Source: Scyliorhinus canicula
Taxonomy: Eukaryota
Length of the DNA stretch: 64,000 nt
Direction: 5' to 3'
Assembly: GCF_902713615.1 (NCBI RefSeq)
Contig: NC_052172.1
Span: forward strand, 5,995,337-6,059,336
In this document: positions 36,941 to 50,120 of the stretch, one piece after another
How positions within the stretch are numbered: position 1 is the stretch's first letter
How the letters are laid out: each line of letters opens with the position of its first letter
Position numbers and translations under genes: made by a program
The notes under the pieces: model-generated
What the model saw: only the letters and a program-made list of their open reading frames with translations
What the model was told of the DNA's origin: nothing
Databases searched by the model: none

Positions 36941-38774
36941 ATTTGGCAGGTAGGATCAAGGAAAACCCAAAAGCTTTCTATAGGTATGTCAGGAATAAAA
37001 GAATGACTAGGGTAAGAGTAGGGCCAGTCAAGGACAGTGGTGGGAAGTTGTGTGTGGAGGCTGAGGAGATAAGCGAGATACTAAATGAATACTTTTCGTC
37101 AGTATTCACTCAAGAAAAAGATAATATTGTGGAGGAGAATGCTGAGACCCAGGCTATTAGAATAGATGGCATTGAGGTGCGTAGGGAAGAAGTGTTGGCA
37201 ATTCTGGACAAGGTGAAAATAGATAAGTCCCCGGGGCCAGATGGGATTTATCCTAGGATTCTCTGGGAAGCCAGGGCAGAGATTGCTGAGCCTTTGGCTT
37301 TGATTTTTAGGTCATCATTGGTTACAGGAATAGTGCCAGAGGACTGGAGGATAGCAAATGTGGTCCCTTTGTTCAAGAAGGGGAGTAGAGATAACCCCGG
37401 TAACTATAGGCCGGTGAGCCTAACGTCTGAGGTGGGTAAAGTCTTGGAGAGGGTTATAAAAGATACGATTTATAATCATCTAGATAGGAATAATATGATT
37501 TGGGACAGTCAGCATGGTTTTGTGAAGGGTAGGTCATGCCTCACAAACCTTATCGAGTTCTTTGAGAAGGTGACTGAACAGGTAGACGAGGGTAGAGCAG
37601 TTGATGTGGTGTATATGGATTTCAGTAAAGCGTTTGATAAGGTTCCCCACGGTCGGCTATTGCAGAAAATACGGAGGCTGGGGATTGAGGGTGATTTAGA
37701 GACGTGGATCAGAAATTGGCTAGTTGAAAGAAGACAGAGAGTGGTAGTTGATGGGAAATGTTCAGAATGGAGTTCAGTTACGAGTGGCGTACCACAAGGA
37801 TCTGTTCTGGGGCCGTTGCTGTTTGTCATTTTTATAAATGACCTAGAGGAGGGCGCAGAAGGATGGGTGAGTAAATTTGCAGACGACACTAAAGTCGGTG
37901 GAGTTGTAGACAGTGCGGAAGGATGTTGCAGGTTACAGAGGGACATAGATAAGCTGCAGAGCTGGGCTGAGAGGTGGCAAATGGAGTTTAATGTGGAGAA
38001 GTGTGAGGTGATTCACTTTGGAAAGAATAACAGAAATGCGGAATATTTGGCTAATGGTAAAATTCTTGGTAGTGTGGATGAGCAGAGGGATCTCGGTGTC
38101 CATGTACATAGATCCCTGAAAGTTGCCACCCAGGTTGATAGGGTTGTGAAGAAGGCCTATGGTGTGTTGGCCTTTATTGGTAGAGGGATTGAGTTCTGGA
38201 GCCATGAGGTCATGTTGCAGTTGTACAAAACTCTAGTACGGCCGCATTTGGAGTATTGCGTACAGTTCTGGTCGCCTCATTATAGGAAGGACGTGGAAGC
38301 TTTGGAACGGGTGCAGAGGAGATTTACCAGGATGTTGCCTGGTATGGTGGGAAAATCTTATGAGGAAAGGCTGATGGACTTGAGGTTGTTTTCGTTAGAG
38401 AGAAGAAGGTTAAGAGGTGACTTAATAGAGGCATACAAAATGATCAGAGGGTTAGATAGGGTGGACAGCGAGAGCCTTCTCCCGCGGATGGAGGTGGCTA
38501 GCACGAGGGGACATAGCCTTAAATTCAGGGGTAATAGATATAGGACAGAGGTCAGAGGTGGGTTTTTTACGCAAAGAGTGGTGAGGCCGTGGAATGCCCT
38601 ACCTGCAACAGTAGTGAACACGCCAACATTGAGGGCATTAAAAAATTTATTGGATAAGCATATGGATGATAAGGGCATAGTGTAGGTTAGATGGCCTTTA
38701 GATTTTTTCCATGTCGGTGCAACATCGAGGGCCGAAGGGCCTGTACTGCGCTATATCGTTCTATGTTCTATGTT
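36941..38774 (+). mobile_element. 5'-truncated young CR1 copy of the same subfamily as the 15682-19797 element
   Basis: ORF 36943..38685 is almost identical to the C-terminal 580 aa of ORF2 at 15774..18677, with only scattered substitutions; same 3' UTR and TTCTATG tail. Confidence 0.95.
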
Positions 38775-39115
38775 AAGGGGTAGTTTAGCGTGGCCAATCC
38801 ACCTACCCTGCACATCTTTTTTGGGTTGTGTGTGGGTGGGTGGGGGGTGGGGGGGGGGGGGGTGAGACCCATGCAGACACGGGGGAATGTGCAAACTCCA
38901 CACGGACAGTGACCCGGGGCCGGGATTCGAACCCAGGTCCTTGGCACTGTGAGGCAGCAGTGCAAACCACTGTGCCAGCGTGCCACCCCCTCATTTAATT
39001 TTTATTTGACAACCAGACTTGACAGCCAGACACAAGCATATGCAGATCACATTGTCCATCCACAGTTGCATGAACTAAAATATTTACAACTGGGGCAGGC
39101 ATATTATCAAGTGAC

Positions 39116-39360
39116 TGTGGTGATATAACCACTGTATATATGTGTACTTGCCATAGGGGGATGTATGCCTGTACCTGTAATACAGGTTCCTCCGGTAAGC
39201 CCCTGCCGGCTAGCTCCGCCCACAGGGAGCTTGTGTATAAATATGTGTGTGAGTCACTCAGACCCTACTCTACAGTTGCAGATGGAAGAATAGCATTGCA
39301 CAGCAATAAAGTCTCTATTGTACTTGTCTCTCGTCTTTGAGTATAATTGTTAGCGCCACA
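39116..39360 (+). mobile_element. Solo LTR (Gypsy-type)
   Basis: TGTGG...CCACA termini, internal TATAAAT and AATAAA, near-TSD GTGAC/ATGAC. Confidence 0.65.
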
Positions 39361-40521
39361 ATGACCTTTCTCTCCCTGGTAAAATATGACCAATTATTGG
39401 GGCAGCAGTTTCTGTGTCGAAAAAATGGCAGCAGTTTTTTCCTGAGGGTCAAGTTACAGGTCAGACCTGGAAAAAATAGTTTGCAAGTTTTGTTTCCATA
39501 TAGAGCAGAATTTGGACCCATCTTCAGTTCTGCTGATCTGTATCGGGAATGTCTCTTTCTACTTAGATCTGACTCTGGCAGGCTTCTTCAAAGACACCTT
39601 TATTTATATGACAGGCCTCTCAGTGAGTGGATCTCGCTCGTGTGGAGACTTCTTAAGATTTGCACAGAACTGCTGTCGTTACTGCTACGTGATGATACAC
39701 ATAACACTCTTGTCACCATAACAGCCGATTATTTTACAAAAAACAATCAAATATCGGCACCCACTCCTTCCCTCAGTGACTCAAAATATATAAAGGTGCT
39801 GAAAAGCGGCCTTTGTTCAACCAGACTTGGCCACTGAGCTGCAATCTCACAGACACAGTGGATGTTTCACTGGTTCCCTCGATAGTTCAGTGAGTCTGAG
39901 CCACACAAACCTGGAGCTCTCACTCAGTCTGTGCTGAAGGGGCTGTTGTCAGGGGGATGAACAACCAGGTTTCCTGCCCTCGTGAACAAAGAACAAAGAA
40001 AAGTACAGCACAGGAACAGGCCCTTCAGCCCTCCAAAGTCAGCGCCGACCATGCTGCCCGTCTAACCTTATACACTTCCAGGGTCCGTATCCCTCTATTC
40101 CCATCCTATTCATGTATTCGCAAAGACTCCCTTTTTAATGTCACTATCGTACCTGCTTTCACTGCCTCCTCCGGCAGCGAGTTCCAGGTACCCACTACCC
40201 TCTGTGTAAGAAACTTGCCTCGCACATCTCCTCTAAGCCTTGCCCCTCGCACCTTAAACCCCTGTCCTCTAGTAATTGACTCTTCCACCCTGGGAAAAAG
40301 CCTCTAACTATCCACTCTGTCCATGGCCCTCGTAATTTTGTAGACTTCTATCAGGTCGCCCCTCAACCTCCATCGTTCCAGTGAGAACAAACGGAGTTTA
40401 TCCAACCTCTCCTCATAGCTAATGCCCTCCATAAGAGGTAACATCCTGATAAACCTCTTCTGTACCCTCTCTGAAACCTCCACATCCTTCTGGTAGTGTG
40501 GTGACCAGAATTGAACATTAT

Positions 40522-42210
40522 TGTGATGAATGGTATTAGTAACTGCTGTAGCTGTACCTTGCCATTAATGCATTGGCCCTTTAAGACTGGGCTTGGAACC
40601 CTGGGGGACTCCGCCTCTGGCTCCGCCCCCAGGAAACGGTATATAAGATGAGGCTCACTCGGCAGCATGTGGTGAGCACACTTCTCGGCAGCTGTTCAGT
40701 TCTCTGATGATTAAAGCCTTTGAATTACCAATCTTCTCTCCTGTGTCGTAATTGAGGGTATCTCAATTTAATCATCAGACGCATCAAGATGGACAGCGCT
40801 CTAAAGCCGGAGAAACTCAACCTGGACGCTCGGTCGCTGGAAGCCCCGAAAATGTTTAAATATTGGCTCCGGTGCTTTGAGGACTATCTTGACTCCTCAG
40901 TGACTGATGTCGACGGCGCTCGCAAGCTGAGATTCCTACATGTCCGAGTGGGCCACCGACTCTCCTCCGTAATCGAGACGCTATGACCTACGAAACTGCG
41001 GTTGAGATACTGAAGAAATACTTCGTAAAGCCGATTAACGAGGTACACGCCAGACATTTGCTCTCAACCTGCAGCCAGCGCTCCGGGGAAACTCTGGACG
41101 AATACATGGAGAGACTCACTGCACTCGCGAGGAACTGCAACCATAAAGCAGTGACGGCAGAAGCCCACATGAATTTGCATATTCGCGATGTCTTTGTGTC
41201 CGGTATCAGGTCCTCGTACATCCGGCAGCGGCTCCTAGAAGACGGGGCAAAGGATCTCCAAGGCACGGTAGTGCTCACCTCTTCTCTAGAAATGGCCCAC
41301 CGTAACCTCCGTACATACTCCGCGGACCTTGCAAACCCCTCTCGATCCCCTCCAGACTCGGCCACGCTACAGGCCTGCGCCACGCGGTGATCCGCTCACT
41401 CCGGGGGTTCCCCATGCTATTTCTGTGGGCACGGCCAGCACCCCCGTCAACGTTGCCCAGCCCGCTCCACGATCTGCAATGACTGCGGGAAGAAAGGGCA
41501 CTTCGCTAAGTCTGCCTGGCTGGGCCCAAAGGCCACAAACAAAAGCCTCACCAGGCCCAGAAATCAAGCTCCCGGCCACAAAGGCCCCGCAACGTGGCTG
41601 CGCGGCGACCGGCCACACCCACTTCCGACGAGTAATCGACCTCGTGCGAGTCATGGGAGCGGCCATCTTGGCGGCGACCATCTTTGAACCCCGACACGTG
41701 CGACCGACGGCAGAGGCCATTTTGTGACTCCGGGCGGCCATTTTGTGAGTCCGACTTAACCGAGCACTCTGACTACCCGCAACTAGGAGCGATCACGCTC
41801 GATCAATCGCGGCCAAAGCACCTGCGAAACTCAATGATGCGGGTACAAATCAACGACCATGACACTCCCTGCCTATTCAACTCCGGGAGCACAGAGAGCT
41901 TTATTCATCCAGACACAGTAAGGCGCTGCTCTCTGCGCACCCACCTCGCCTCCCAAACTATCGCCCTCGCCTCAGGGTCCCATTTGGTTCAAATCACGGG
42001 GTATTGTGTCGCTGACTTTGCAATTCAAGGTGCTGAATATACCCGTTTTAAACACTACATCCTCCCTCACCTCTGCGCCCCCCTGCTGCTCGGTCTGGAC
42101 TATCAGTGCAGCCACCGGAGCCTGACACTGATGTTCGGCGGACCCCTGCCCCCACTCACAGTATGCAGCCTGATGACACTCAAAGTGGCACCACCCCCCC
42201 TTCGCGATTC
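40522..42210 (+). mobile_element. Truncated Gypsy LTR retrotransposon: 5' LTR (40522-40765), frameshifted gag with CCHC knuckles, protease
   Basis: TG...CA LTR with TATATAA. gag MDSALKPEKL...QRSGETLDEY...IRDVFVSG; CYFCGHGQHPRQRC and CNDCGKKGHF; protease-like LFNSGSTESFI. No RT. Flanked by minus-strand CR1 fragments (approx. 39985-40520, 42330-42960). Confidence 0.82.
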
Positions 42211-43157
42211 CACATCACTATGGGCCAGCGAGTTCTAAAAATTCACCACCACCTGGAAGAAGTAGTTCCTCCTCATCTCAGTTCTAAATCTACCGCCTCT
42301 CAACCTATATCCATGGACCTTCATTCTAGATTTCCCAGAAGAAGGAATACTTGTTCCATGTTTAATTAATCAATCCCTTTTCGTATTTTATACACCTCGA
42401 TCAGATCCCCTCTCATCGTTCTAAACTCCAGCGAGTATAACCCAAAACTGTTTAATCTCTCCTCATACCACAACCCTTTCATCCCCAGAATCAATCTGGT
42501 GAACCTCCTCTGAACTGCCTCCAATGCCACCACATCCTTCCTCAAATAAGGAGACCAAAACTGGACACAATACTCCAGATGTGGTCTCACCAACATCCTA
42601 TACAATTGCAACAACACTTTGCTACCTTTACACTCCAGTCCTTTTGCAATAAACTCTGACATTCCATTTGCCTTTTTAATGACATGTTGTACCTGCATAC
42701 CGACTCTCTGTGAGTCATGAACAAAGACACCCAGATCCCTCTGCACAGGGGCATCTTGAATCTGCTTTCCATTCGGCAATAATTTGCCTTTCTATTTTTT
42801 TGGTCAAAATGGATAACCTCCTAGCCTATCTGTATCCATCTGGTAAGTCTCCTCTTCACTGCCTGCTTTGCCACCCATTTTAATATCATCCACAAACTTT
42901 GCGATGTTACATTCTGTCCCTGCTTGCAGATCATTTATATAGATTGAAACTATTGAGGTCAACGAGTCTTTGCAACTTCCTGCTGCTGCCAGCTCCACAA
43001 ACCAAACAGAGAGCGAGGAGGGGGCTGCTAATGTGAAAGGGAGGGTCTTCACTCAGAGTGGGCGGGACTGGGCTGTCAATCAGACAGTAGGAGGAGAAGG
43101 TTTCAGTGTTGTCTTCCCAGTGATGAAGATTGTTTGAAAGGGAAGTGGAAGTGGAAG

Positions 43158-43676
43158 ATGTATCTGCAGCTGACTCTGTTAATCATGTTTCACCGTAAGG
43201 AACTTTCCTAACAACCATCCTTATCCAATATCTCACTTTCCTGTCCACTTGCTGACCTCGCCTTTTGTTCATTTTCCTTTGTTCTTTCTCATTCTCTTAA
43301 TTTCTCTTTCAATTCTTGTTCCTCACTTTCCTTCATAGAGTGTCCCATCTCCTGACCTTCTCTCCCTGTCTCTTTCTCAGATGTGAAGTCTCAGACTATC
43401 CTCCAGACTCCCGCCGCCCTCTCCAGATTTCCTGGGCAGGGAGTGATAATAAAGTGCACCGTGGAGGAAGCAGGTATCCCGACCATGTTGTGGTACAGAC
43501 AATGCCCGGGGAAGGAACTGAAGGTAATGTTTTATTCCCCAACCGTTGAAAGTGTGAGTCCAGATGAGCCGGTGGACGGTTTCACAGCGAAGCGGCCCAG
43601 TGGCTCCGAGTTCAACCTGGAGTCCTCCAGCCTGCGGGTTAATCACTCGGCCGTGTATTACTGCGCCTGGAGTCTT
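43158..43676 (+). CDS. TRBV: TCR beta-type V segment V1 (leader 43158-43194, intron, V exon 43381-43676), open frame
   Basis: Leader MYLQLTLLIMFH with phase-1 GTAAGG donor; acceptor TTTCTCAG; V exon VKSQTILQTP...KC...WYRQCPGKEL...HSAVYYCAWSL. Confidence 0.88.
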
Positions 43677-43715
43677 CACCGTGACTCAGAGAGATGGAGC
43701 AGTTCAACAAAAACC
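43677..43715 (+). other. 23-RSS of V1 (variant heptamer CACCGTG)
   Basis: CACCGTG + 23-nt spacer + ACAAAAACC. Confidence 0.92.
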
Positions 43716-44472
43716 CCAAAGGCAGCAGGAAACAGCTGTGAATGAATACATCACTTACCGCCTTCTTCTACCCGTGTTATTTTCTTTTGCTTACGAGGAG
43801 TTATAAAGTGGATAAAAAAACACTGCATGTGGAGCAGAGAAATATGTGTACAGTAGGACACCACAGCTGAGAGATTCTAACTACCAGGAAAGGATGAACA
43901 AATAGAGGGCTCATCTCTGTGGATAGTAAAGACTGAGGTTTATCCCAATAAACGTTTTATATTGTGAAATGGTTTGTTAGGGTTCATGCAGAGACGTGTC
44001 CACTGGTAGGGAGGCCCAGAAATGTAAGCAATCGTTAATGATAATCAGTGAGATAGCCAATCCTGGATTAGGAGGAGCTCCCTTATCCACAGAGTGATTA
44101 GAATATGGAACTTGCTGCCACAGACAGTGGATTGAAGAGAATTGTAAAGATTAATTGCAGGGCAAGTTGAATCAACAGATGAGGCAGAAATATAATAGAA
44201 GAAAATGTTGGTGGGTTGGGTGTGACACAAGGAGAGAGAGAAGAGCCCATGTGCGAAAGAGAGGGCGAGAGAAGGGTTTTTGTGTGAGAGAGAGGGAGAG
44301 TGGGAATAGAGAGTGTGCGTCTGGCTCACTGAAATACTCAGAGTTCTCACTCACTCTCACCTCCACACACAAACACACACTCACCAGTGAGTGAGGGTGA
44401 ATGTGAGAGCGCCCTGAGCCGTGAATGAGCTGGACACACAAACTCTGACACTCTCAGTGTACTCTGATGGTC

Positions 44473-44827
44473 AACATAGAACATAGAACATAGAACAGTA
44501 CAGCACAGAACAGGCCCTTCAGCCCTCGATGTTGTGCTGAGCAATGACCACCCTACTCAAACCCACGTATCCACTCTATACCCGTAACCCAACAACCCCC
44601 CCCCCTTAACCTTACTTTTTAGGACACTACGGGCAATTTAGCATGGCCAATCCACCTAACCCGCACATCTTTGGACTGTGGGAGGAAACCGGAGCACCCG
44701 GAGGAAACCCACGCACACAGGGGGAGGACGTGCAGACTCCGCACAGACAGTGACCCAGCCGGGAATCAAACCTGGGACCCTGGAGCTGTGAAGCATTTAT
44801 GCTAACCACCATGCTACCGTGTTGCCC
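44473..44827 (-). mobile_element. Young HE1-type SINE
   Basis: Near-identical reverse complement of 753-1087. Confidence 0.9.
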
Positions 44828-45539
44828 TACCCAAGTACCTGCCCATCCACTCTATCCATGGCCCTCATAATCTTGTCAATTACTCTGTGAATGAGCAACT
44901 TAATGCCTTGATATTTCGCATTTTAAAAAATCATGGTTAATGTGACCCCAAACCTTCCCTTTCCGAAATTTGCTCATCATTCCCATGGGTGAGAAAGAAA
45001 TGGAAATGTGCCCCCCTCCATCTCACGAAACAAGATTGGACAAGCCGATTTGAGAGGAACAGGAGCCTTCCCACAGTGCACCAATCGAGCCTGTTGCACA
45101 AAAGTTGAGTCATGCCACTTAATCCTCTATAGCCTACTACAATGAAACAGTCTCAACCCATTCAATCCTCTATAGCCTTTTACATAGAAACAGGGGCAAC
45201 CCAGTTAACCCCCTGCACCCTGTTACACAGAAATTGGGTCATCCCTTCCTACCCCTCTGCAGCCTGTTACAGAGAAACAGGGTCATTCCATTCAATCCCT
45301 CGATAGGCTGTAACACAGAAACAAGACTGGGGTATTCAATCCCCTCTCCACCGAGCCTATCACAGTACAATGATGGAAGAAGATCATTCATTACCTCTAT
45401 CCTCTTACACAGAGACGAGAGGAGATTGTTCTGATTGAAATAAATGGCGATGCGATGGCATGATTGCGGATCCAGGTTTGGGTCATTACATTTCTGATCA
45501 GCAACTCTGGAAGCGCAAAGAAGAAAAAGACAGAGTTAA

Positions 45540-46120
45540 TTAAATCGGATTTATTGTCACATGTACCGAAGTACAATGAAAAGTATTTTTCTGTGGCCGA
45601 AGAACGTACACAGTGCGTAGATAGTAGACACCAGAATAATCAACAGAGAACATTGACAAGTGGTACATCAACAGCACACTGATTGGTTACAGTGTGGTGA
45701 TTGTTTACAGTGCCGAACAAGGAGCAAAACAAAGCAAATACATGAGCAAAGCAGCATAGGGCATTGTGAATAGAGTTCTTACAGGGAACAGATCAATCTG
45801 AGGGGGAGTTGAGGAGTCTTGTAGCTGTGGGGAAGAAGCTGTTGCTATGTCTGGATGTGCGTGTCTTCAGACGTCTGTACCTTCTGCCTGATGAAAGGAT
45901 CTGGAAGAAGGCAATATCTGGGTGGGAGGGGCCTCTGACAATGCTGTCTGCCTTCCTGAGGCAACGAGAGGTGTATACAGAATCAATGTGGGTGTGGCAA
46001 GCTTGTGTGATGCGTTGGGCTGAGTTCACCACAGTCTGCAGCTTCTTGCGATCTTCGGCTGAACAGTTGCCATACCACACTGTGATGCAGCCGGATAGGG
46101 TTCTTGCTGTCGCACATCTG
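45540..46120 (-). mobile_element. Rex1/Babar LINE 3' fragment
   Basis: ORF 45793..46080: WYGNCSAEDRKKLQTVVNSAQRIT...SGRRYRRLKTRTSRHSNSFFP. Confidence 0.78.
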
Positions 46121-46281
46121 TAGAAGATGATTGGTTATCTGGAGAATGGGCGTGTCCAAACCTCCACATTCCTAATTGTCTTCAGGTTTGTCTCAATGAT
46201 TTGAAGAGAGCGGATTAGTTCCTCACACGCTCCCCGGTTCAGTTCCCGCTCCTTCCCTTATGAAGAGGAAATTTCAAGCCA

Positions 46282-46739
46282 ATGATGAATCTATTTCTGG
46301 GTCTAATCTTCATGTTTGATTGTGAGGGAGATTTTCAAACAATAGTTCTTGTTAATGAGATTTTCTTTGCTGCTTTCTGTCCCTCTCCATTGCTCTGAAT
46401 TTACCCATTTACTGATCTCCTTCTCTCCCTGTCTCTCTCCCAGTGGTCGATTCGCAGACTATCCGCCAGACTCCAGCCGCTGTCTCCAGATTTCCCGGGG
46501 AGGAGGTGGAGCTGAAATGCACTGTGGACGGCAGCAGTAATCCTGATCTGTATTGGTACAGACAGCACCCGGGGAAGGAGCTGCAGTGGATGTTTTACTC
46601 CACGGGTATTGGTCACATAGATCCAGAGGGGTCGGTGGACGGCTTCAGCACCACGAGGCCGACTGACTCCAAGTTCAACCTGGTGTCCTCCAGTCTGCGG
46701 GTGAATCACTCGGCCGTGTATTACTGCGCCTGGAGTCTT
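46282..46739 (+). CDS. TRBV: TCR beta-type V segment V2 (leader 46282-46321, V exon 46444-46739), open frame but non-canonical RSS
   Basis: Leader MMNLFLGLIFMFD with GTGAGG donor; V exon VDSQTIRQTP...CTVDGSSNPDLYWYRQ...FYSTGIG...YYCAWSL, strongly TRBV30-like. Confidence 0.9.
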
Positions 46740-46778
46740 CAGAGTGACTCAGAGAGATGGAGCAGTTCAACAAAAACC
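46740..46778 (+). other. 23-RSS of V2 with defective heptamer CAGAGTG
   Basis: CAGAGTG + 23-nt spacer + ACAAAAACC; third base of the invariant CAC is changed. Confidence 0.9.
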
Positions 46779-47213
46779 TCAAAGGCACCAGGAAACGGCT
46801 GTTGCAGACAGTTGCGGCTGCATCAATCTGCTGTTCTTTTCTCTAATGTGGTAAACACATTCTGACGTTTAGAAGAGACCAGTTACAATAAAAGTGAGAG
46901 ATTAGATTAAGAATGTCTGGAGAAATTGAAGACCAAAGTTAACAGGAATGTTACCAGACCTGATTGATTCCAGCTTCAGGAAAGTTGAATGTTTGTTTCT
47001 GTTGGGAAATGAAAATTGTGAATTGTCCTTCTGACATTTTTGGAAATTATGAGAGGGTTGATAGTATCTATGTGCGGAAGTTCAAAACACAACAAAAATA
47101 AAATAACCAATAGAACAATAAAAAAGAGAGAAGGGATGGAGAAGGAAAGGGGAAGATAGCTAGTGACGGACTGTGGGGCTTGACACACTGAATCTGCCCT
47201 TCCATTCCCAATA

Positions 47214-47231
47214 TGGTCTCCAGAGGGCGAC
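47214..47231 (+). promoter_or_regulatory. CTCF-like motif downstream of V2
   Basis: TGGTCTCCAGAGGGCGAC resembles the CTCF core CCASYAGRKGGCRS; a paralogous site lies at 60014. Confidence 0.4.
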
Positions 47232-48283
47232 CGAGGACCATGAATCACATTAGTGCCCGGAACACAGCTCGAAACAGCTCCGCTCCTGAACAGGAGGAGA
47301 TTGAAACCACACAGCATGTTCGACTATGGAATTAGATTCGGCTTTATCTCAACCTTAATTCCTTTTCCCGCCTTCAATACCCAAGAAAATATACAATCTC
47401 ACTCTTTAAATGTCCAAATGATTCTCAGCATTGACAGTATTTTGGGAGAGTTCCAGATTTTCACTGCCCTTTGTATCATAACTACTGACTTACCTCTCCG
47501 CCGAGGACACTGGTTTAATGGTGAATTTGTGCCTCGCTGTTCTGAGCTCTAGGACCAGAAGAAATTACACGAAGTTATTAACTTTGTCTACTGGTTTGAA
47601 ATGTCTAAATATAACCTCATCAAGCACTTAATGTACTTTTGTGAAAGAAATACAGACACACTGAAGCAAACCGTCGTCATGAATTAACCCTTTCAGCCCA
47701 GTGCAATTATGGGGAATTCACTTTGCATCCTTTCTCCGGCCAATACATTCTTTCCCCTGAGATTTGACAAGAACTAAATGTAATTTTCCAGGTGGCATCT
47801 GCTGTCAACTGGAATATAACCTCCTCCATGTTGCTTGCCAGCTCCGCTTTAGGAAAGGTCAGCATTGCACGAGACATGATGATTCCTATTTGTTCACGTG
47901 TCTCTGATTTTAATGGTCCGTATTGCTGATCAACAACATTCCTTTGTAGCTCTCGAGTGTCTCGCTTCTCACCAGTTAGAAACTATTCCAGTGTCTGCCT
48001 TCTGCCGATTGTTATAACCTGGGACCTCCCCACATTAAACAGTATCTGCTACTGCTTCGCCCACTCACTTCCTCTGTCATTGCCCTCAATTAAAATTCCT
48101 GTTCTTATAGGCGCCGCTTTCAACCAATCACCGAGAGACTTAGCATCAGTGAGGGAGGGCCGTGCACACACTTGTATCATTACCTCGGGCACTCCAGCCT
48201 TCCCTCAGTGATCTGAATTGAGGCGGATTCACTCCCATCAAGAGTATTTTAACTCATTCCCCTGTTACAATTTAAAGTTAAAT

Positions 48284-48759
48284 ATGTATTTGTTACTGAG
48301 TCTGATTATGTTATTTCAATGTAAGTGATTTTTCAAGCAGCAGCTAACATCCAAGCTTCATATTTGTTTCATTGCTTCTCTCCTATTAAATATTTTTCCT
48401 TCCCTGAATCTCCATAAGAATGTTGCTGTTTATTGATCACCTCATCTCCCGATTTCCTTTCAGATGTGAACTCTGAGACAGTCCACCAGTCTCCCCCAGC
48501 AGTTTCCAAATCTCCTGGAGAGACAGTGGAACTGAAGTGCACTGTGGAGGGTGCCAGTAGCGGATCCATGTTCTGGTACAGACAACACACCGGGAGGGGG
48601 CTGAATCTCATGTTTTATTCAGCAGCTACACAAAGTGTGACTCCATCGGAGACGGTGGACGGTTTCAGCGCCCAGAGACCGAATGGCTTCCAGTTCAACC
48701 TCAAGTCCTCCGGCCTGGGGGCGAATCACTCGGCCGTGTATTACTGTGCCTGGAGTATT
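48284..48759 (+). CDS. TRBV: TCR beta-type V segment V3 (leader 48284-48320, V exon 48464-48759), apparently functional
   Basis: Leader MYLLLSLIMLFQ with GTAAGT donor; V exon VNSETVHQSP...C...WYRQ...YYCAWSI. Confidence 0.92.
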
Positions 48760-48798
48760 CACAGTGACTCAGAGAGACGCAGCAGTTCAACAAAAACC
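48760..48798 (+). other. Canonical 23-RSS of V3
   Basis: CACAGTG + 23 nt + ACAAAAACC. Confidence 0.95.
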
Positions 48799-49389
48799 CT
48801 AAAGGCAGAAAGAAACAGCTGTGAGCGAGAGAGCTCTGCGGTGCTTCAGTCTGTTTGGGGTTTTGTGGACGGAAGATGTTTGTGTAAAGACAGGTGTCAG
48901 AATAGCAGTGAGTGGTTCGACATTGTGACACTGAGGAAGCTGCAGAGAATCATTTTCAACGATGATGTCAGAACTGCAACTTTGTGACTGTCTAGAATTG
49001 TAATATCAAAAGTTCAGCATTCTATCCACTGACATTGTGTGTGCTGTGTCTCCACAGGGAGAGCTGAGGGAGCTGCGGTCTGATGAAACACACAATTGCC
49101 TATAACAAGGCTGGAGAGGCCTTTCAGTCCCTTTAGTATGAACATCGGGAGGGGAATCAGCCTCTAGATTCTGTTGCACAGGAACAAGAAGATGCCTTCC
49201 AGGCCCTCGAGCTTGTTACTCTGAAACAGGAGGAGGCCATTCAGCACCTCGAACCTGTTGCAAAGTAAAGGAAGTGGTCATTCATTACTTCCACCAGTTC
49301 AACAGGTCAAGGCCATTAAATCAATACACATGTCTGCATTGTTTAGTTGCATTACAGCGTCTCTTTATCCTGAAAGTGAGATACACCGT

Positions 49390-49835
49390 ACGTAAAAGCG
49401 GCGACTACAGACAGAGAGATCAAAAGGTAAGTTAGAGTATATGAGAGCGACAGGCGGGGGATTGAAGGAAGAAAATCAAGCCAGAGGCAGAGATGGCAAC
49501 ACGAAGGAGAGAGAGGTGGAAAACGCGCGAGAGTAAGATGAAGAGAAAGAGAGCGATAGAGAGTGAGAGAGCAAGGGAGCGAGCAAAGAAGGCAACCAAA
49601 CAGAGACACAGACGGAGGGATAAAGAGTTACAAAGATCAAGCGTGGAACAGAGTGAGAGAGAGAGAGCAAGACTGTGAGTGAGACAGACAGAGAGACAGA
49701 GATGGAGAGAGGGAAGATAGTAAATTACAACATAGAAGAAGAGAAATAGAGAGAGAGAAAATGAGACCGAGACTGAAAAACAGCGAAAGAGAGAAAGAGG
49801 CACAGACACAAACGCAGAAACACAAAATTTCACAT
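49390..49835. repeat. Purine-rich (GA)-type low-complexity tract, paralogous to 62150-62577
   Basis: AG-rich degenerate repeat with matching internal words in both copies. Confidence 0.85.
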
Positions 49836-50120
49836 CTGATTAAGGAAATTCTACAGTCGGACAGGAGTTACGCGGAATCCCCAAGGCCAGAGTTACTCAG
49901 GAAACGACAGAGGCTGCAGGCTGAATTTGGGGTGTTGACTACAGGCAAGGCTGTAGAGCAGCTTAGAAAGGTAAAAGGCGCAATTTATGACCATGGGGAG
50001 AAGGCCAGTAGAATGCTTGCACAGCAACTGAGGAAGAGGGAAGTGTCTAGGGAAATAGGGAGGGTAGTGGATGGGGAAGATAATCTAGTGGGTGATCCAG
50101 CAGGGCTGAAAATCCAGCAG

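Noticed and set aside
735-44812. Recurrent short ORFs such as CVRGFPPGAPVSSHSPKMC and GRKPEHPEETHA
   Set aside because: Different frames of the same SINE core, not genes.
49352-49833. Leu/Ser-rich and Arg/Glu-rich ORFs here and at 62083-62690
   Set aside because: Low-complexity GA tract translations.
49836-50110. Twin-priming explanation for the L1 inversion
   Set aside because: The inverted piece duplicates sequence still present in the element and lies at the 3' side, while the 5' end is intact.
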